Below the pieces are notes generated by a model. It was not told where the DNA came from, ran no database searches, and worked only from the letters and a program-made list of their open reading frames with translations. Both the position numbers and the translations under genes were made by a program. A DNA stretch of 64,000 nucleotides, from contig CAXXIA010000001.1 of NCBI GenBank assembly GCA_963666985.2, positions 896,001 through 960,000 on the forward strand, read 5' to 3'. Within the stretch, counting starts at the first letter, position 1, and each line of letters begins with the position of its first letter. Positions 20,769 through 29,779 of this stretch are shown here, in pieces. Source of the DNA: Spirochaetia bacterium. GTDB taxonomy: Bacteria > Spirochaetota > Spirochaetia > DSM-2461.

Positions 20769-21710
20769 TCAGGGCCGTCTCAGCAGAAGCAGATCGGACG
20801 GCCTCCCGCGAGTTTCGGGAAGGACGAACGCCGGAACAATGGAGCCGTTGAAGAACCGGAGAGGCGGCGCAAACCGGAATGTGATCGGAAGCCATTCGGA
20901 TGTTCCGTTCGGAGAAGCCGAGTTCCCGGAGTTCGTCATGACTTCGGATGTTATGATTTCACCATCGATTTTCAGAGAGACATCGGCCGGTCGGCTTTGG
21001 GGGTCGGCCAAAAAAAATCCCGATAGCATAACGCTGCCGCCTTCCATGTTCATTTCGCCGAATCGCCAGCGGGAGGCTGTGAAAATAACGACAATCAGGA
21101 TTCTGTTTTTGTTCAGATACCGCAAGCCGACGCCCATGCTTGTCCAGTCGGGATTGAGGATGGAGCCGCGATGAGAGGGGCTGTTCATCCACCCTTCCAA
21201 AATCAGCGCAACGGAATCTCCGGCACCGAGGATTTCTCCGGAGAGAAGTGCCGTTCCTCCCGTACGGCGATAACGTTCGTTGACACGGCTTCCATCCGAT
21301 CCGCTGTGGCTGAGACTGCGGAGGTTCAGGAGTTCTTCGGCATGATTATCGGCGGCCTCGGAAGCGGCTTTCTCGCAGAGAAGGGGTGTGAGCGCAGAGT
21401 CGGTTCGGATGGAATTGATGCCGTTTCGGAGAAGCGCTTCTTCCCTCGCCGCTCTTTCGTCGCCCGCGGTTTCCTCTCCCGCCGCCGAAGGTAGAGATGG
21501 ACCGAGCAGAAAGATGATCATACCGAGAAAGAAAAAACTTGAAGCCTTTTTTTTTGTGGATTTCCTTACAACGCCGGCGTCGGAAGGTCCGTTATAAAAA
21601 GACCTTCCCTTAGGGTGCACCGATTGAAGGGGAACGATCATTCGTGAAAGAAAAGGCGCCGGACCGGTCATATGACGGAATTTGAAGCGATATCTTGAGA
21701 AGCGAGGCAT
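20769..21710 (-). CDS. CAP (SCP) domain protein, probably secreted (true start probably downstream of 21710)
   Basis: INSIR..LTPL, A..HA, LSHSGSDGS, GEILG, WMNSPSHRGSILNP..MGVG. Confidence 0.8.
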   Translation of the reverse strand: MPRFSRYRFKFRHMTGPAPFLSRMIVPLQSVHPKGRSFYNGPSDAGVVRKSTKKKASSFFFLGMIIFLLGPSLPSAAGEETAGDERAAREEALLRNGINSIRTDSALTPLLCEKAASEAADNHAEELLNLRSLSHSGSDGSRVNERYRRTGGTALLSGEILGAGDSVALILEGWMNSPSHRGSILNPDWTSMGVGLRYLNKNRILIVVIFTASRWRFGEMNMEGGSVMLSGFFLADPQSRPADVSLKIDGEIITSEVMTNSGNSASPNGTSEWLPITFRFAPPLRFFNGSIVPAFVLPETRGRPSDLLLLRRP

Positions 21711-22054
21711 CAGCCCGGAGGCCAGGTGAGCCTTCTTCCGCCGAGGATGTGGGCATGAAGGTATTCAACGTCCTGTCCGCCGTCGTCGCCGTTGTTCAGA
21801 ACGATCCGGTATCCGGGACCGTCCAGTCCCAATAAAGACGCTGTTTTGGAAACGGCGCGGAAAAACTTTCCGGTTTCTTCAAGCGGTTTTTCGGCAAGTT
21901 CGGAGAAACGGGCCGTGCGGATTTTCGGGATAACCAGCACATGCACCGGGGCCTGAGGATTAATATCCCTGAAGGCCAAAACATCATCGTCTTCGTAGAC
22001 TTTATCCGCCGGGATATCTCCGGCCAGAATTTTGTCAAAAATCGTATCGTTCAT
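21710..22054 (-). CDS. Histidine triad (HINT-like) nucleotide-binding protein
   Basis: TIFDKI, AFRDINPQAPVHVLVIPK, GGQDVEYLHAHILGGR. Confidence 0.93.
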   Translation of the reverse strand: MNDTIFDKILAGDIPADKVYEDDDVLAFRDINPQAPVHVLVIPKIRTARFSELAEKPLEETGKFFRAVSKTASLLGLDGPGYRIVLNNGDDGGQDVEYLHAHILGGRRLTWPPG

Positions 22055-22070
22055 AGACTCTCCATTTCTT

Positions 22071-22625
22071 TTATACATCCTTCCGCGCCGATTGCGGAAG
22101 ATTTCGGATTATTCCGGACTGATCGCCGGATTGAACATCCAGGCTCATGCTCGTCATGATTTCCCCGTCGAAGATAAATCGTCCCCGAAAGGGCTGTTCC
22201 CTCAGCAGAAGAGGCAGCCACCAGGAATCGTCGGCCCACATGTTTTCGTATGGGATTTCATCCTCATTGCACCAGAAGGGATCGGCTTCGTCCGTTTCCG
22301 CCGGCTCTCCTTCCCAGGTATCGCTGCTGAAAACATAGCCTCTGATGGAATGGCCGCCTGAGAATTGGAAGAAAAGGTCGCCGCGATGGACGGGATTGAG
22401 GGCGTTCATGCCGACTTCTTCCTGCGTTTCACGAACGGCCGCCTGAATCGGTGTTTCGCCTTTCTCGATCCGGCCGCCGGGGGCGTTGATTAAACCGGCT
22501 CCAAGGCCCGTTTTCTTATGCATCAGGAGCATCCGGCTGTTTTCTCGGTCTCGAATAAAGCAGAGAACCGCCTCTTCAACCGGTTTCCAAGTTTCGGGAT
22601 TAATCTCTCGGGCCGTTTTTATCAT
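22071..22625 (-). CDS. Nudix hydrolase, MTH1/8-oxo-dGTPase-like
   Basis: KKTGLGAG, Nudix box GGRIEKGETPIQAAVRETQEEVG, MWADD..WLP. Confidence 0.9.
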   Translation of the reverse strand: MIKTAREINPETWKPVEEAVLCFIRDRENSRMLLMHKKTGLGAGLINAPGGRIEKGETPIQAAVRETQEEVGMNALNPVHRGDLFFQFSGGHSIRGYVFSSDTWEGEPAETDEADPFWCNEDEIPYENMWADDSWWLPLLLREQPFRGRFIFDGEIMTSMSLDVQSGDQSGIIRNLPQSARKDV

Positions 22626-22632
22626 GGATTAC

Positions 22633-22641
22633 AGACTAGCA
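22633..22641 (-). promoter_or_regulatory. Extended -10 before the Nudix gene (leaderless)
   Basis: TGcTAGTCT-7 nt-ATG; no SD. Confidence 0.45.
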
Positions 22642-22789
22642 TACTTGGATTTTTTTTATGTAGTGCCGCGGTGGATCTTTCGATGGTAAGAAGACGATTG
22701 GGTTCTGCCCGGGAAAGTCGGCAAAATCGGAAAAAATGTCTTCCTGCGGTTCATAGAACCGATTTCGTCGCCCGGAGAAAGGCTGCATC

Positions 22790-22930
22790 GTTTAGCAAGG
22801 ACGGCTGAGCCCGAACAGTTCCGAAGGGACGAGAGTAAGAAGACGGGGGACTGCCTCCGGTCCGCACCGCACGGCAAGGAAGCCGCCTTTTAAGAGAAAC
22901 GAAGCCGGCACGGGGGGGCAGCCGGCTTTA
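22790..22930. repeat. Hairpin-rich REP/MITE-like intergenic element
   Basis: AGC-AAGGACG-GCT, CGGC-AAGGAA-GCCG and AAGCCGGC-N11-GCCGGCTT hairpins. Confidence 0.35.
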
Positions 22931-22999
22931 TGCTCCTAATTGTTGCCGGATGCCGCGTATTCCGGATCGGAATTAATTTTTGCATCGGAGCTTCTTCCG

Positions 23000-23029
23000 T
23001 TCACAAGAATCACCGGCTCGTGCTACTCT
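23000..23029 (+). promoter_or_regulatory. Promoter of the EF-G2 gene
   Basis: TTCACA-18-(TGc)TACTCT. Confidence 0.5.
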
Positions 23030-23066
23030 CAACCCCGAAACGATTTGACGGAGAAAGTGAAACACA

Positions 23067-25103
23067 ATGGCAGAGAGCGGAAAAGCTGTCAGGAACATCG
23101 GCATCATGGCCCATATCGATGCGGGCAAAACGACGACAACCGAGCGTATTCTTTTTTATACACATAAAAGTCATAGAATCGGCGAGGTGGATGAAGGTAC
23201 GGCCACGATGGACTGGATGACCCAGGAGCAGGATCGCGGCATTACCATTGTTTCGGCGGCCACGACATGTTTCTGGAATGATACGCAGATTAATATTATC
23301 GATACTCCCGGACATGTGGATTTCACGGCCGAAGTGGAGCGTTCACTGCGGGTTCTCGACGGCGCCGTGGGTGTTTTCTGCGCCGTCGGAGGCGTGGAAC
23401 CGCAATCCGAAACGGTCTGGCGTCAGGCGGATCGATACCACGTTCCCAGAATCGCTTATATTAACAAAATGGACCGCATCGGCGCCGATTTTTTTGAGGT
23501 TGTCGATGAGATTCGTGAAAAACTCGGAGCCAATCCCATCCCTCTTTTTCTGCCCATCGGCAGTGAATCGGCTTATGAAGGAAATATCGATCTAATCGAT
23601 ATGAAGGAGCTTCATTGGGATATGGATCCGGAGGGTTCCGAGATCCGCTACTCGGAAATACGGGATGAACTCAAGCCTCTCGCCGAGAAATGGCGGGATA
23701 AAATGCTCGATGATCTTTCGGCCTACAGCGATGAAATGACCGAACTCTATCTTGAAGGGAAGCCTGTTGATAAAGCACTGATTTATCGAACTCTTCGCGA
23801 AGCAACGATGGCGCGGAACGTTATACCCGTTCTGGTCGGCTCTTCGCTGAAAAACAAAGGCGTTCAGCCGGTGCTCGACGCGGTCCTGGCCTACCTCCCC
23901 GCCCCCGAAGAACTTGAGCCTGTATCCGCTCTTCACGCGAAGAAGGAAGAGACCGTAAAGTTGGAGCGAAGCGACAAGGAACATCTCTCCGCTCTGGTCT
24001 TTAAGATTCAGCACGATCGCGAAATGGGCATGCTCTGCTATATACGGGTTTATTCGGGCGTTCTGAAATCCGGAACCGCGGTGTTTAACGTCAACGATAA
24101 GAAAAGGGAGAGGCTGAACCGCCTGCTCCGCATGCATGCCAATCATCATGAACAGATTTCGGAACTTAAGGCCGGCGATATCGGTGTGGCCATCGGCTTA
24201 AAGCTCGCCAGAACCGGAGAAACTTTGGCTTCCGAAGGATTTCCGGTAATCCTTGAGAAAATGGAATTCCCGGAGCCCGTTATCTCGGTCGCCATCGAAC
24301 CCAAGACCATGAGCGATCAGGATAAGCTGCGCGGCGCGCTGGATAACCTAATGAAAGAGGATCCCACATTCGGAGTGAAGGAAAACGAAGAAACGGGACA
24401 GCTGATTATTTCCGGAATGGGTGAACTTCATCTGGAGGTTCTTGTTACACGGGTTCTCGATGAATATAAGGTTGAGGCGAATGTCGGTAAGCCTCAAGTT
24501 ACCTATCGGGAGACGATTACCGTAGCGAAAACCGTCAAGGAAACTTATCAGAAGACCTTGGCCGGCAAGGACCATGAAGCAACCGTTACCATCACGGTTG
24601 AGCCCAGAAAGCGAGGCGAAGGCAATCTGTTTGAATCGAAACTTTCTCTCGGGAAGCTGCCGGCCGCATTTCAGGAAGCCGTGCGCCGCGGGATTGAAGC
24701 CTCATTTCCTTCGGGGATTGTTATGGGATATCCGGCCGTGGACATTAAAGCAACGCTGGTTGAGGCCTCTTTCAATGAAGCCACGGCCAGTGAAATCGCG
24801 TTTGAAACGGCGGCCGCTCTCGGTTTCGATAATGCCTGCAGGGATGCTTCACCCATTCTCCTGGAACCCGTGATGGAGGTGGATGTGATGTGTCCGAGTG
24901 AACAAGTGGGTGATGTTATCAGCAACCTCACTCAAAGAGGCGGACATGTTGAGTCCATGGAGTCCCGAACGGCTTATGAATTGGTTAAATCGAAGGCCCC
25001 TCTGGTGAATATGTTCGGGTATTCAACGACGCTGAGAAGTTTGACTCAGGGCCGCGGGACATTCTCCATGGAATTCAGCCATTTCGCGGAAAAATCGAAA
25101 TAA
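23067..25103 (+). CDS. fusA: Elongation factor G, recycling-type (spirochaete EF-G2)
   Basis: [31 protein letters not shown]; domain IV loops degenerate. Confidence 0.92.
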   Translation: MAESGKAVRNIGIMAHIDAGKTTTTERILFYTHKSHRIGEVDEGTATMDWMTQEQDRGITIVSAATTCFWNDTQINIIDTPGHVDFTAEVERSLRVLDGAVGVFCAVGGVEPQSETVWRQADRYHVPRIAYINKMDRIGADFFEVVDEIREKLGANPIPLFLPIGSESAYEGNIDLIDMKELHWDMDPEGSEIRYSEIRDELKPLAEKWRDKMLDDLSAYSDEMTELYLEGKPVDKALIYRTLREATMARNVIPVLVGSSLKNKGVQPVLDAVLAYLPAPEELEPVSALHAKKEETVKLERSDKEHLSALVFKIQHDREMGMLCYIRVYSGVLKSGTAVFNVNDKKRERLNRLLRMHANHHEQISELKAGDIGVAIGLKLARTGETLASEGFPVILEKMEFPEPVISVAIEPKTMSDQDKLRGALDNLMKEDPTFGVKENEETGQLIISGMGELHLEVLVTRVLDEYKVEANVGKPQVTYRETITVAKTVKETYQKTLAGKDHEATVTITVEPRKRGEGNLFESKLSLGKLPAAFQEAVRRGIEASFPSGIVMGYPAVDIKATLVEASFNEATASEIAFETAAALGFDNACRDASPILLEPVMEVDVMCPSEQVGDVISNLTQRGGHVESMESRTAYELVKSKAPLVNMFGYSTTLRSLTQGRGTFSMEFSHFAEKSK

Positions 25104-25210
25104 ATGCACGCTCCCGTAAAAATTAACGGAACTTTTCGATAGAGTCGGCTGTAAAAATGAATTTCATTGTCTATACTTTTATCCAACAGCTCTTTGGAGG
25201 CAAAAAAAGA

Positions 25211-25651
25211 ATGAAAAAAGTATTGATGATCGGGATTCTGTTTTTAGCGGCCGCGGCGGCTTTCGCGGGGGATTCTTCCGGAGGAATTGAGGCGGATCCG
25301 AAACTGGTCGGCCGATGGGAATGGATCAGCATGAAAGTTTTAGCCGCGTCGATTGAGACCGGAAGCAATTCAAGTAATTACATTCTTGAATTTATCAGCG
25401 GAGGCGGATTCGCCGTAAAAGCGGACTGCCGGAACGGAAAAGGAACATACCGGACTTCGGGCGGATCGGTTGTCAATATCGGCATCGACAGCATCGACGA
25501 CGGCGATTGCGGAGCCGGATCCCATGCAAATGAGTTTATTGATTTGCTGAATGAGGGTTCTTTTATTTATTCCTTCGAGGACGGCGGATCCACGCTGATG
25601 ATTCAATTCGCGAATAAAACCGGAACCGCGATTTTTAAGAGTATAAGATAA
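25211..25651 (+). CDS. META/HslJ-domain secreted protein
   Basis: SD GGAGG, signal peptide, LVGRWEW, YILEF, ADCRNGKGTY, second Cys (GDCG). Confidence 0.7.
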   Translation: MKKVLMIGILFLAAAAAFAGDSSGGIEADPKLVGRWEWISMKVLAASIETGSNSSNYILEFISGGGFAVKADCRNGKGTYRTSGGSVVNIGIDSIDDGDCGAGSHANEFIDLLNEGSFIYSFEDGGSTLMIQFANKTGTAIFKSIR

Positions 25652-25673
25652 ACTTGAGCCATTCTTCATTTTA

Positions 25674-25703
25674 AAAAAAGGGTCCGCTTTGGGGCCCTTT
25701 TTT
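25674..25703 (+). terminator. Intrinsic terminator (bidirectional form)
   Basis: AAAAAAGGGTCC-loop-GGGCCCTTTTTT. Confidence 0.8.
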
Positions 25704-25775
25704 CATTTTCCGTGAAAGATCAATGCTTGAAACTGTTGGAGCCCTCTTCGTACGCAGGCAAATTGAAGATTTTAT

Positions 25776-25804
25776 TTGACGGCGTGTAAAACCTGTCGTA
25801 GGAT
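25776..25804 (+). promoter_or_regulatory. Sigma70 promoter of the EF-G-like gene
   Basis: TTGACG-17-TAGGAT. Confidence 0.65.
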
Positions 25805-25953
25805 TCGTTATCTTTTGATTAAAAAAGGTCTTTTTTGTCATTTTTTCCTTTTCCATGACGAAGAGACCTTCCTCGCGTAGCTTCGGAGCGGGCCGTTGGG
25901 GCTTCGTTCCATTTTCTTCGCAGGAACTTCAACAATCCCGAGGAGGATCTTTC

Positions 25954-27993
25954 ATGGCCGCTTCCATGAACGCCATCCGTAATATTGCCGTTTGCGGACA
26001 TGGCAGTACAGGTAAAACAACTCTTGTGGAGCAGATGCTGTTCCGTGCGGGTGTTATTCCCAAAGCCGAAACCGTCGAATCAGGCAAGACCGTCAGCGAT
26101 TATCTCGATGACGAAATCGAGCATAAGTTCTCCGTTCATACCAGTTTGATGAATCTTCCGTGGAATGACGCGGTCGTTAACGTCCTTGATACCCCCGGTT
26201 CCGCCGACTTCGTCGGAGAAGTTGTGGCATCGTTCCGTGCCGCCGAAACCGCCGTTATGGTTATCAGTGCTCCCGCGGGTATTCAGATCGAAACCGTCAA
26301 ATTATGGCGGAGGCTGGACAACAGGAATCTTCCTCGGATTGTTTTTATCAATAAGATGGATCAGGAACGGGCCGATTTCCAGAAATCCTTAGAGGAAGTC
26401 AAGGAAGCTTTCGGCGTAACGGCGGTTCCGCTGAATCTCCCTCTCGGCCAGGAAGCGGCACATCGGGGAATTGTCGACATTCTTCATATGAAAGCCATCA
26501 AGGCCGGCGGCGAAACCGAAGATATCCCTTCGGATATGATGGACGAAGTTTCGCAATGGCGCGAGAAGCTCATTGAAATGGCAGCCGAAGGCGACGATGA
26601 GCTTACCGAGAAGTTCTTTGATGAAGGAACTTTGGAAGGACCGGACATTATAAAAGGCCTTATGGAAGGTATGGCCGGAAATACATTCGTTCCCGTGCTT
26701 TGCGGATCGGCTCATATCGGTTCCGGGATTAGCGACTTGTTGAACATTATCACCGAACTGTGTCCCCCGCCCGGACGGGAAAAAGAACCTGTTGAAAACG
26801 GAGAGGGTATTTCTTATTCCGAAGATGGAGAGTTCACAGGTTTCGTTTATAAAACATCCATAGATAAGTTCTCCGGAAAAATCAGCTATTTAAAGGTTGT
26901 GAGCGGAACTCTGAAGCCCGGAGAAATTTTTAATTCCCGCGTTGAAAAGAAGGAACGTGTTACCAAGCTTTATCGGGTTAACGGAAAAACGCTGAAGGAA
27001 GTCACCGAACTTACAAGCGGTAACCTCGGCGCCGTCGTTAAGCTGGATTCGGTCCATACCAACGATTCGCTTTCCGTTTCGGCTCCGGGAGTCCATTTTA
27101 AGCCTCTTGCTCTTCCCACCCCCGTTCATACTCTTGCCATCAGCGCGGAGAATCAGAAGGACGAGGATAAGATGAACGACTTCCTGCATAAAATCGCCGA
27201 GCAGGATTTAACGTTCAGGATTAAGTTTGACGAGGAAACCAAGGAAACCGTTGTCTCCGGCATGGGAGAAATGCACATCAACAACATCTTTGAGAAATTG
27301 TTCAACGAATCCAAAATCAAGGCACTTACCCGAAAGCCAAGAGTCCCTTACAGGGAAACCATAACCAAAGTCGCGGACGCCGAATACACCCATAAAAAAC
27401 AGTCGGGCGGTCATGGCCAATACGGACGCGTCCTCATTAAGGCAAAGCCTCTTGAACGCGGTGAGGATTTTGAGCTCACGAACGATATCAAGGGCGGTTC
27501 GGTCAGCAAAGGCTATTTCCCCGGCATTGAGAAGGGCCTTAGGGAAGCCATGGCCGATGGATTCCTTGCCGGTTATCCCATGGTTGATATCGGAGTCAGT
27601 GTTTATGACGGGAAAGAACATCCCGTGGATTCTTCGGAAATGGCTTTTAAGCTGGCGGCCAAGATGGCGCTGCGCAAAGCTTTCGAAACCGCCGGTTCCG
27701 TTCTTTTGGAACCCATGGTGAATCTGACGGTTTATGTTGAGGATCAGTATCTGGGAGATGTTTTATCCGATTTGTCCACGAAACGGGGACGGGTTCAGGA
27801 TCAGTCGCCGATCGGCGGAGGAATCCAATCGATAAAAGCAATCGTACCGCAAGGTGAGCTGCTTACTTATGCCATCGACATGAAGGCGCTCACCTCAGGA
27901 ACCGGCGCTTATGAAATTGAATTCAGTCACTATGAACCGGTATCGGGCAAGGTGTCTCAGGACATCATAGCCGCGAGTCAAAAAGAAGAGTAA
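25954..27993 (+). CDS. Elongation factor G-like protein (EF-G II subfamily)
   Basis: SD AGGAGG; GHGSTGKTT, HKFSV (no RGITI), DTPGSADF, NKMD, HKKQSGGHGQYG, HPVDSSEMAF. Confidence 0.9.
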   Translation: MAASMNAIRNIAVCGHGSTGKTTLVEQMLFRAGVIPKAETVESGKTVSDYLDDEIEHKFSVHTSLMNLPWNDAVVNVLDTPGSADFVGEVVASFRAAETAVMVISAPAGIQIETVKLWRRLDNRNLPRIVFINKMDQERADFQKSLEEVKEAFGVTAVPLNLPLGQEAAHRGIVDILHMKAIKAGGETEDIPSDMMDEVSQWREKLIEMAAEGDDELTEKFFDEGTLEGPDIIKGLMEGMAGNTFVPVLCGSAHIGSGISDLLNIITELCPPPGREKEPVENGEGISYSEDGEFTGFVYKTSIDKFSGKISYLKVVSGTLKPGEIFNSRVEKKERVTKLYRVNGKTLKEVTELTSGNLGAVVKLDSVHTNDSLSVSAPGVHFKPLALPTPVHTLAISAENQKDEDKMNDFLHKIAEQDLTFRIKFDEETKETVVSGMGEMHINNIFEKLFNESKIKALTRKPRVPYRETITKVADAEYTHKKQSGGHGQYGRVLIKAKPLERGEDFELTNDIKGGSVSKGYFPGIEKGLREAMADGFLAGYPMVDIGVSVYDGKEHPVDSSEMAFKLAAKMALRKAFETAGSVLLEPMVNLTVYVEDQYLGDVLSDLSTKRGRVQDQSPIGGGIQSIKAIVPQGELLTYAIDMKALTSGTGAYEIEFSHYEPVSGKVSQDIIAASQKEE

Positions 27994-28042
27994 GCCACGC
28001 TCGGCGGCCGCCCAACCCGGCCTCCGCGCTGAAAAGGAGCCG

Positions 28043-28076
28043 GGGGCTGTCTCATTAGTTTGAGACAGCCCCTTTT
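28043..28076 (+). terminator. IS-end hairpin acting as + strand terminator
   Basis: GGGGCTGTCTCA-TTAGTT-TGAGACAGCCCC-TTTT. Confidence 0.65.
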
Positions 28077-28121
28077 AAAATTTGGTTGACCTCCGAAGAC
28101 GGGAGGTTCCCTCCCATCCCC

Positions 28122-29687
28122 TTATCGTTTCTGTAGCTTCCTCATGTTATGAGCCATACTCAACAGTCCCCATTCAGTACTGACCATCTTCAATCCCCTG
28201 GTTCGGAATCTCCGAAATCCCATATTCGTCTTGATATCTCCGAATACAGATTCGACTTCAATCGGCCTGAGAGAGCGCATTCTCAGTCCTTCCTCTGAAG
28301 TCAGCAACTTGCGCACTTCAGACTTATGCCGTTCCAGGTTTGGACGAACCGTCAGGATGCGCTCTTTGCCTCCGTATTTGCAGCACCGGATTCGGAGAGA
28401 ACACCTTTGGCATCCAGGGCCTGTATACCTTTTTTCAGTGGTCGGAAATCCTGAACCTGTTTTCGAGATTCTGGTCTCCTCGTGTTTGAATCGGCGACCC
28501 TTGGGGCACCGGTATGTATCATCAGAGGCACGATAGTCCCAGTTCTCTTTCATATGAATCTGCTTCTTGAACTTCCGTTTCCGCTCCCTGTGGAAGTAGC
28601 TGAACTTGATGTACTTCTCGACACCATGATCCTCACACCACTGGTAGTTCTCTTCACTACCATATCCTGAATCAGCAATGATTCTTTTCGGATAGCGTTT
28701 CAGATTCTTTTTCAGTTTCTCCATATGTAGCGGCAATGTCAGGGAGTCACCGGGACTCTGGTGGATGCTATATCCGAGGATGAACTGGTTCTCAGTACCC
28801 ATTTGGATGTTGTACCCGGGCTTGAGCTGACCATTTTTCATATAGTCTTCTTTCATCCGCATGAAAGTCGCATCATAGTCTGTTTTCGAGTAACTATTTC
28901 GGTCGCCGAGGATTCTCTTCTGCTGCTCATACTTTTTGGCACGAGGGAGATAGTCCTTGCTAGCGGTATTCAATCTCCGTTGAATCTCCTTCTTTTCTCG
29001 CTCCTCCCGATCCTTGCGCAGCTCTTCATTGAGCTTGGATACCGCATCTTCGAGAATCTCCGACATCGGCCTGCCTTGAGGATCCACATGGGGAAGGTCA
29101 TGGTCGCCGTACTTCTCATCCTCTTCTTCATTGATGCGGTCGATGTATTCGAAAAGCTCATCCATATTGCCGGCCAGGCGCTTCTGGAACTTGTCTGTCG
29201 CCCGGCCCCATACCCATGTGTATTTGTTAGCTGCTGATTCGATTTTTGTGCCGTCGAGAAAGTAGTTCTCCATCTGGACATGTCCGCTCTCGATGAGGCT
29301 GTTGGCCATTGAGGCAAAGATTTTCTCGATGCTCTTCTTCAATGGACCGTTACGAAATCTGTTTATCGTGTGGAAATCAGGACGGTTATTACCACTGATC
29401 CACATGAAGCATATCTGCTCACGAAGAGCGTCTGCGATTTGACGACAGGAATACAGCTGTTTCGAGTAGGCCAACACCAGAACCTTCAGCATCATCACCG
29501 GGTGGTAGCTGCTGGCACCGCCTCCCGGATAGGCGTTGAAGAGCTCACTGGTATCCATCGTGTCGATGAAGTTGTTGATTGTGCGGGATATATGGTTTGC
29601 GGGAAGCAGTTCATCGAGACTTGGAGGCAGGAGCATCTGTTGGCTGATTTCGTAATCTTTGAATGTAGCCTTCTTTTTAGTGTCCAT
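28122..29687 (-). CDS. IS1182-family DDE transposase
   Basis: YHPVMMLK, PDFHTINRFR, DGTKIES.ANKY, SKTD.DATFMRMK, KPGYN.Q, ADSGYGSEEN, VESVFG; frame intact. Confidence 0.95.
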   Translation of the reverse strand: MDTKKKATFKDYEISQQMLLPPSLDELLPANHISRTINNFIDTMDTSELFNAYPGGGASSYHPVMMLKVLVLAYSKQLYSCRQIADALREQICFMWISGNNRPDFHTINRFRNGPLKKSIEKIFASMANSLIESGHVQMENYFLDGTKIESAANKYTWVWGRATDKFQKRLAGNMDELFEYIDRINEEEDEKYGDHDLPHVDPQGRPMSEILEDAVSKLNEELRKDREEREKKEIQRRLNTASKDYLPRAKKYEQQKRILGDRNSYSKTDYDATFMRMKEDYMKNGQLKPGYNIQMGTENQFILGYSIHQSPGDSLTLPLHMEKLKKNLKRYPKRIIADSGYGSEENYQWCEDHGVEKYIKFSYFHRERKRKFKKQIHMKENWDYRASDDTYRCPKGRRFKHEETRISKTGSGFPTTEKRYTGPGCQRCSLRIRCCKYGGKERILTVRPNLERHKSEVRKLLTSEEGLRMRSLRPIEVESVFGDIKTNMGFRRFRTRGLKMVSTEWGLLSMAHNMRKLQKR

Positions 29688-29735
29688 GAAGAATTCTACC
29701 ACCCTTGAATTCAGAAGGGAATTCTTCCAGACATG

Positions 29736-29765
29736 AAAAAGGGCCGCCTCTTATGAGACAGCCCC
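29736..29765 (-). terminator. IS-end hairpin acting as - strand terminator for gltA
   Basis: Minus strand GGGCTGTCTC-ATAA-GAGGCGGCCC-TTTTT (two G-U pairs). Confidence 0.6.
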
Positions 29766-29779
29766 GTTTTTTTTAGCCT

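Larger units (their letters stand above)
28043..29765 (-). mobile_element. IS1182-family insertion sequence (about 1.72 kb)
   Basis: Terminal inverted repeats GGGGCTGTCTCAT(T/A)AG, 15/16 match, enclosing a single transposase. Confidence 0.9.

Noticed and set aside
22700..22930. 6S RNA, SRP RNA or c-di-GMP riboswitch
   Set aside because: AAGGAAGC resembles the SRP loop but the CAGG partner is missing; no long 6S-like rod or GEMM motif seen
25855..25953. N-terminal extensions in the ORF track (EF-G-like, also leuC 45756, marR 42769, proX 42817)
   Set aside because: Downstream ATGs match family N-termini and mostly have SDs; several extensions run through promoter DNA
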